Origin: Eledone cirrhosa
Lineage: Eukaryota
NCBI GenBank assembly: GCA_964016885.1
Contig: OZ024742.1
Location: 375,348,001 to 375,412,000 of the forward strand
DNA: 64,000 nucleotides
Reading direction: 5' to 3'
The notes below the pieces were generated by a model. It was given only the letters and a program-made list of their open reading frames with translations, had not been told where the DNA came from and made no database searches. Position numbers and translations under genes: made by a program. Below, in pieces: positions 60,301 to 64,000 of this stretch (position 1 is its first letter; each line of letters starts with the position of its first letter).

Positions 60301-63300
60301 TGCCTTTGACTTCTTCTGTGCTTTTGACTTCTTCTGTGCTTTTGACTTCTTCTGTGCCTTTGACTTCTTCTGTGCTTTTGTTCTCTTCTGTACTTTTGAC
60401 TTCTTCTGTGCCTTTGACTTCTTCTCTGCCTTTGACTTCTTCTGTGCTTTTGACTTCTTCTGTGCCTTTGACTACTTCTGTGCCTTTGACTTCTTCTGTG
60501 CTTTTGACTTCTTCTGTGCCTTTGACTTCTTCTGTGCCTTTGTCTTCTTCTGTGCCTTTGACTTCTTCTGTGCTTTTGTTTTCTTCTGTGCTTTTGACTT
60601 CTTCTGTGCCTTTGACTTCTTCTGTGCCTTTAACTTCTTCTGTGCTTTTGACTTCTTCTGTGCCTTTGACTTCTTCTGTGCCTTTGTCTTCTTCTGTGCT
60701 TTTGACTTCTTCTGTGCCTTTGACTTCTTCTGTGCCTTTGACTTTTTCTGTGCCTTTGTCTTCTTCTGTGCCTTTGACCTCTTCTGTGCCTTTGACTTCT
60801 TCTGTGCTTTTGTTTTCTTCTGTGCTTTTGACTTCTTGTGTGCCTTTGACTTCTTCTGTGCTTTTGACTTCTTCTGTGCCTTTGACTTCTTCTGTGCCTT
60901 TGTCTTCTTCTGTGCCTTTGACTTCTTCTGTGCTTTTGTTTTCTTCTGTGCTTTTGACTTCTTCTGTGCCTTTGACTTCTTCTGTGCCTTTAACTTCTTC
61001 TGTGCTTTTGACTTCTTCTGTGCCTTTGACTTCTTCTGTGCCTTTGTCTTCTTCTGTGCCTTTGACTTCTTCTGTGCCTTTGACTTCTTCTGTGCCTTTG
61101 ACTTCTTCTGTGCTTTTGACTTCTTCTGTGCCTTTGACTTCTTCTGTGCCTTTGACTTCTTCTGTGCCTTTGACTTCTTCTGTGCTTTTGACTTCTTGTG
61201 TGCCTTTGACTTCTTCTGTGCCTTTGACTTCTTCTGTGCTTTTGTTTCCTTCTGTGCTTTTGACTTCTTCTGTGCCTTTGACTTCTTCTGTGCCTTTGAC
61301 TTCTTCTGTGCCTTTGACTTCTTCTGTGCCTTTGACTTCTTCTGTGCTTTTGTTTTCTTCTGTGCCTTTGACTTCTTCTGTGCCTTTGATTTCTTCTGTG
61401 CCTTTGACTTCTTCTGTGCCTTTGACTTCTTCTGTGCTTTTGACTTCTTCTGTGCCTTAGACTTCTTCTGTGGTTTTGACTTCTTCTGTGCCTTTGTCTT
61501 CTACTGTGCCTTTGACTTCTTCTGTGCTTTTGACTTCCTCTGTGCTTTTGTTTTCTTCTGTGCTTTTGACTTCTTCTGTGCCTTTGACTTCTTCTGTGCC
61601 TTTGACTTCTTCTGTGCCTTTGTCTTCTTCTGTGCCTTTGACCTCTTCTGTGCCTTTGACTTCTTCTGTGCTTTTGTTTTCTTCTGTGCTTTTGACTTCT
61701 TCTGTGCTTTTGACTTCTTCTGTGCCTTTGACTTCTTCTGTGCCTTTGACTTCTTCTGTGCTTTTGACATCTTCTGTGCCTTTGACTTCTTCTGTGCCTT
61801 TGACTTCCTCTGTGTCTTTGACTACTTCTGTTCTTTTGACTTCTTCTGTGCCTTTGACTTCTTCTGTGCTTTTGACTTCTTCTGTGTTTTTGACTTCTTC
61901 TGTGCTTTTGACTTCTTCTGTGCCTTTGACTTCTTCTGTGCCTTTGTCTTCTTCTGTGCCTTTGACTTCTTCTGTGCCTTTGTCTTCTTCTGTGCTTTTG
62001 ACTTCTTCTGTGCCTTTGTCTTCTTCTGTGCCTTTGTCTTCTTCTGTGCTTTTGTCTTCTTCTGTGCCTTTGTCTTCTTCTGTGCCTTTGTCTTCTTCTG
62101 TGCTTTTGTTTTCTTCTGTGCTTTTGACTTCTTCTGTGCCTTTGACTTCTTCTGTGCCTTTGACTTCTTCTGTGCTTTTGACATCTTCTGTGCCTTTGAC
62201 TTCTTCTGTGCCTTTGACTTCTTCTGTGCCTTTGTCTTTTTCTGTGCCTTTGACTTCTTCTGTGCTTTTGTCTTCTTCTGTGCCTTTGACTTCTTCTGTG
62301 CTTTGACTTCTTCTGTGCCTTTGACTTCTTTTGTGCTTTTGTTTTCTTCTGTGCTTTTGACTTCTTCTGTGCCTTTGACTTCTTCTGTGCCTTTGACTTC
62401 TTCTGTGCCTTTGACTTCTTCTGTGCTTTTCTCTTCTTCTGTGCCTTTGACTTCTTCTGTGCTTTTGTCTTCTTCTGTGCCTTTGACTTCTTCTGTGCTT
62501 TTGACTTCTTCTGTGCCTTTGACTTCTTCTGTGCTTTTGTTTTCTTCTGTGCCTTTGACTTCTTCTGTGCCTTTGACTTCTTCTGTGCATTTGACTTCTT
62601 CTGTGCTTTTGACTTCTTCTGTGCCTTTGACTTCTTCTGTGCCTTTGACTTCTTCTGTGCCTTTGACTTCTTCTGTGCCTTAGACTTCTTCTGTGCTTTT
62701 GTTTTCTTCTGTGCTTTTGACTTCTTCTGTGCCTTTGTCTTCTTCTGTGCCTTTGACTTCTTCTGTGCTTTTGACTCCTTCTGTGCCTTTGACTTCTTCT
62801 GTGCCTTTGACTTCTTCTGTGCCTTTGTCTTCTTCTGTGCCTTTGACTTCTTCTGTGCCTTTGACTTCTTCTGTGCTTTTGTTTCCTTCTGTGCTTTTGA
62901 CTTCTTCTGTGCCTTTGACTTCTTCTGTGCCTTTGACTTCTTCTGTGCCTTTGACTTCTTCTGTGCCTTTGACTTCTTCTGTGCTTTTGTTTTCTTCTGT
63001 GCCTTTGACTTCTTCTGTGCCTTTGATTTCTTCTGTGCCTTTGACTTCTTCTGTGCCTTTGACTTCTTCTGTGCTTTTGACTTCTTCTGTGCCTTTGACT
63101 TCTTCTGTGGTTTTGACTTCTTCTGTGCCTTTGTCTTCTTCTGTGCCTTTGACTTCTTCTGTGCTTTTGACTTCTTCTGTGCTTTTGACTTCTTCTGTGC
63201 CTTTGACTTCTTCTGTGCTTTTGTTTTCTTCTGTACTTTTGACTTCTTCTGTGCCTTTGACTTCTTCTCTGCCTTTGACTTCTTCTGTGCTTTTGACTTC

Positions 63301-64000
63301 TTCTGTGCCTTTGACTTCTTCTGTGCCTTTGACTTCTTCTGTGCTTTTGACTTCTTCTGTGCCTTTGACTTCTTCTGTGCCTTTGTCTTCTTCTGTGCCT
63401 TTGACTTCTTCTGTGCTTTTGTTTTCTTCTGTGCTTTTGACTTCTTCTGTGCCTTTGACTTCTTCTGTGCCTTTAACTTCTTCTGTGCTTTTGACTTCTT
63501 CTGTGCCTTTGACTTCTTCTGTGCCTTTGTCTTCTTCTGTGCTTTTGACTTCTTCTGTGCCTTTGACTTCTTCTGTGCCTTTGACTTTTTCTGTGCCTTT
63601 GTCTTCTTCTGTGCCTTTGACCTCTTCTGTGCCTTTGACTTCTTCTGTGCTTTTGTTTTCTTCTGTGCTTTTGACTTCTTGTGTGCCTTTGACTTCTTCT
63701 GTGCTTTTGACTTCTTCTGTGCCTTTAACTTCTTCTGTGCCTTTGTCTTCTTCTGTGCCTTTGACTTCTTCTGTGCTTTTGTTTTCTTCTGTGCTTTTGA
63801 CTTCTTCTGTGCCTTTGACTTCTTCTGTGCCTCTAACTTCTTCTGTGCTTTTGACTTCTTCTGTGCCTTTGACTTCTTCTGTGCCTTTGTCTTCTTCTGT
63901 GCCTTTGACTTCTTCTGTGCCTTTGACTTCTTCTGTGCCTTTGACTTCTTCTGTGCTTTTGACTTCTTCTGTGCCTTTGACTTCTTCTGTGCCTTTGACT
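57400..64000. repeat. Distal higher-order blocks with 1,638-bp and about 2,862-bp offsets
   Basis: The 'ccttagact' marker ends + frames at 58184/59822 (91 monomers apart), 58598/61460 (159 monomers apart) and 59822/62683. Confidence 0.75.

Larger units (their letters stand above)
6384..64000. repeat. 18-bp tandem satellite, consensus TGTGCCTTTGACTTCTTC, at least 57.6 kb (about 3,200 monomers), running off the window end
   Basis: Continuous head-to-tail monomers in one orientation. Common variants are cct/ctt/cat and act/tct/ttt, with occasional 15-mers (TCT slip) and 17-mers; I saw no foreign insertion. Confidence 0.99.

Noticed and set aside
6379-62683. Dozens of 200-2,500 aa ORFs resembling mucins, protamines, histone H1 tails or neurofilament repeats
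   Set aside because: They overlap in five frames on both strands, follow automatically from a stop-poor 18-bp (6-codon) monomer, and are broken by scattered stops and recurrent 1-bp deletions. They have no unique domains or exon structure.
6384-64000. CRISPR-like array
   Set aside because: Monomers are directly adjacent with no unique spacers, there are no cas genes, and the context is eukaryotic.
6384-64000. Canonical telomeric repeat
   Set aside because: There are no TTAGGG/TTAGG-type G-rich units, and a chromosome-end location cannot be seen from this window.
6384-64000. Transcription-factor motif array (CCTTTGA/CCTTTGT HMG-box-like, AAGTCA nuclear-receptor half-site) in each monomer
   Set aside because: Six- to seven-base matches are expected by chance in any monomer, and there is no binding evidence.

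Overview
Eukaryotic, AT-rich, repeat-dominated DNA with no cellular gene; the SINE family suggests an invertebrate, probably a cephalopod (inference). Bases 1-2030 hold three tRNA-derived SINE copies and a decayed 3' fragment of an R4/Dong-type RLE non-LTR retrotransposon. Bases 2030-4295 are (TA)n/GA-rich microsatellite DNA containing a 50-bp perfect inverted repeat whose loop carries a minimal Penelope-type hammerhead ribozyme with a U3-A8 compensatory core. Bases 4296-6383 (minus) are an uninterrupted Penelope-like element (PLE) ORF: telomerase-related RT, CxCx5Cx5C linker and C-terminal GIY-YIG endonuclease. Its N-terminus is missing and runs in frame directly into an 18-bp satellite, (TGTGCCTTTGACTTCTTC)n, that fills 6384-64000 (about 3,200 monomers, one orientation, nested kb-scale duplications). 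The giant ORFs in the track are by-products of this satellite.
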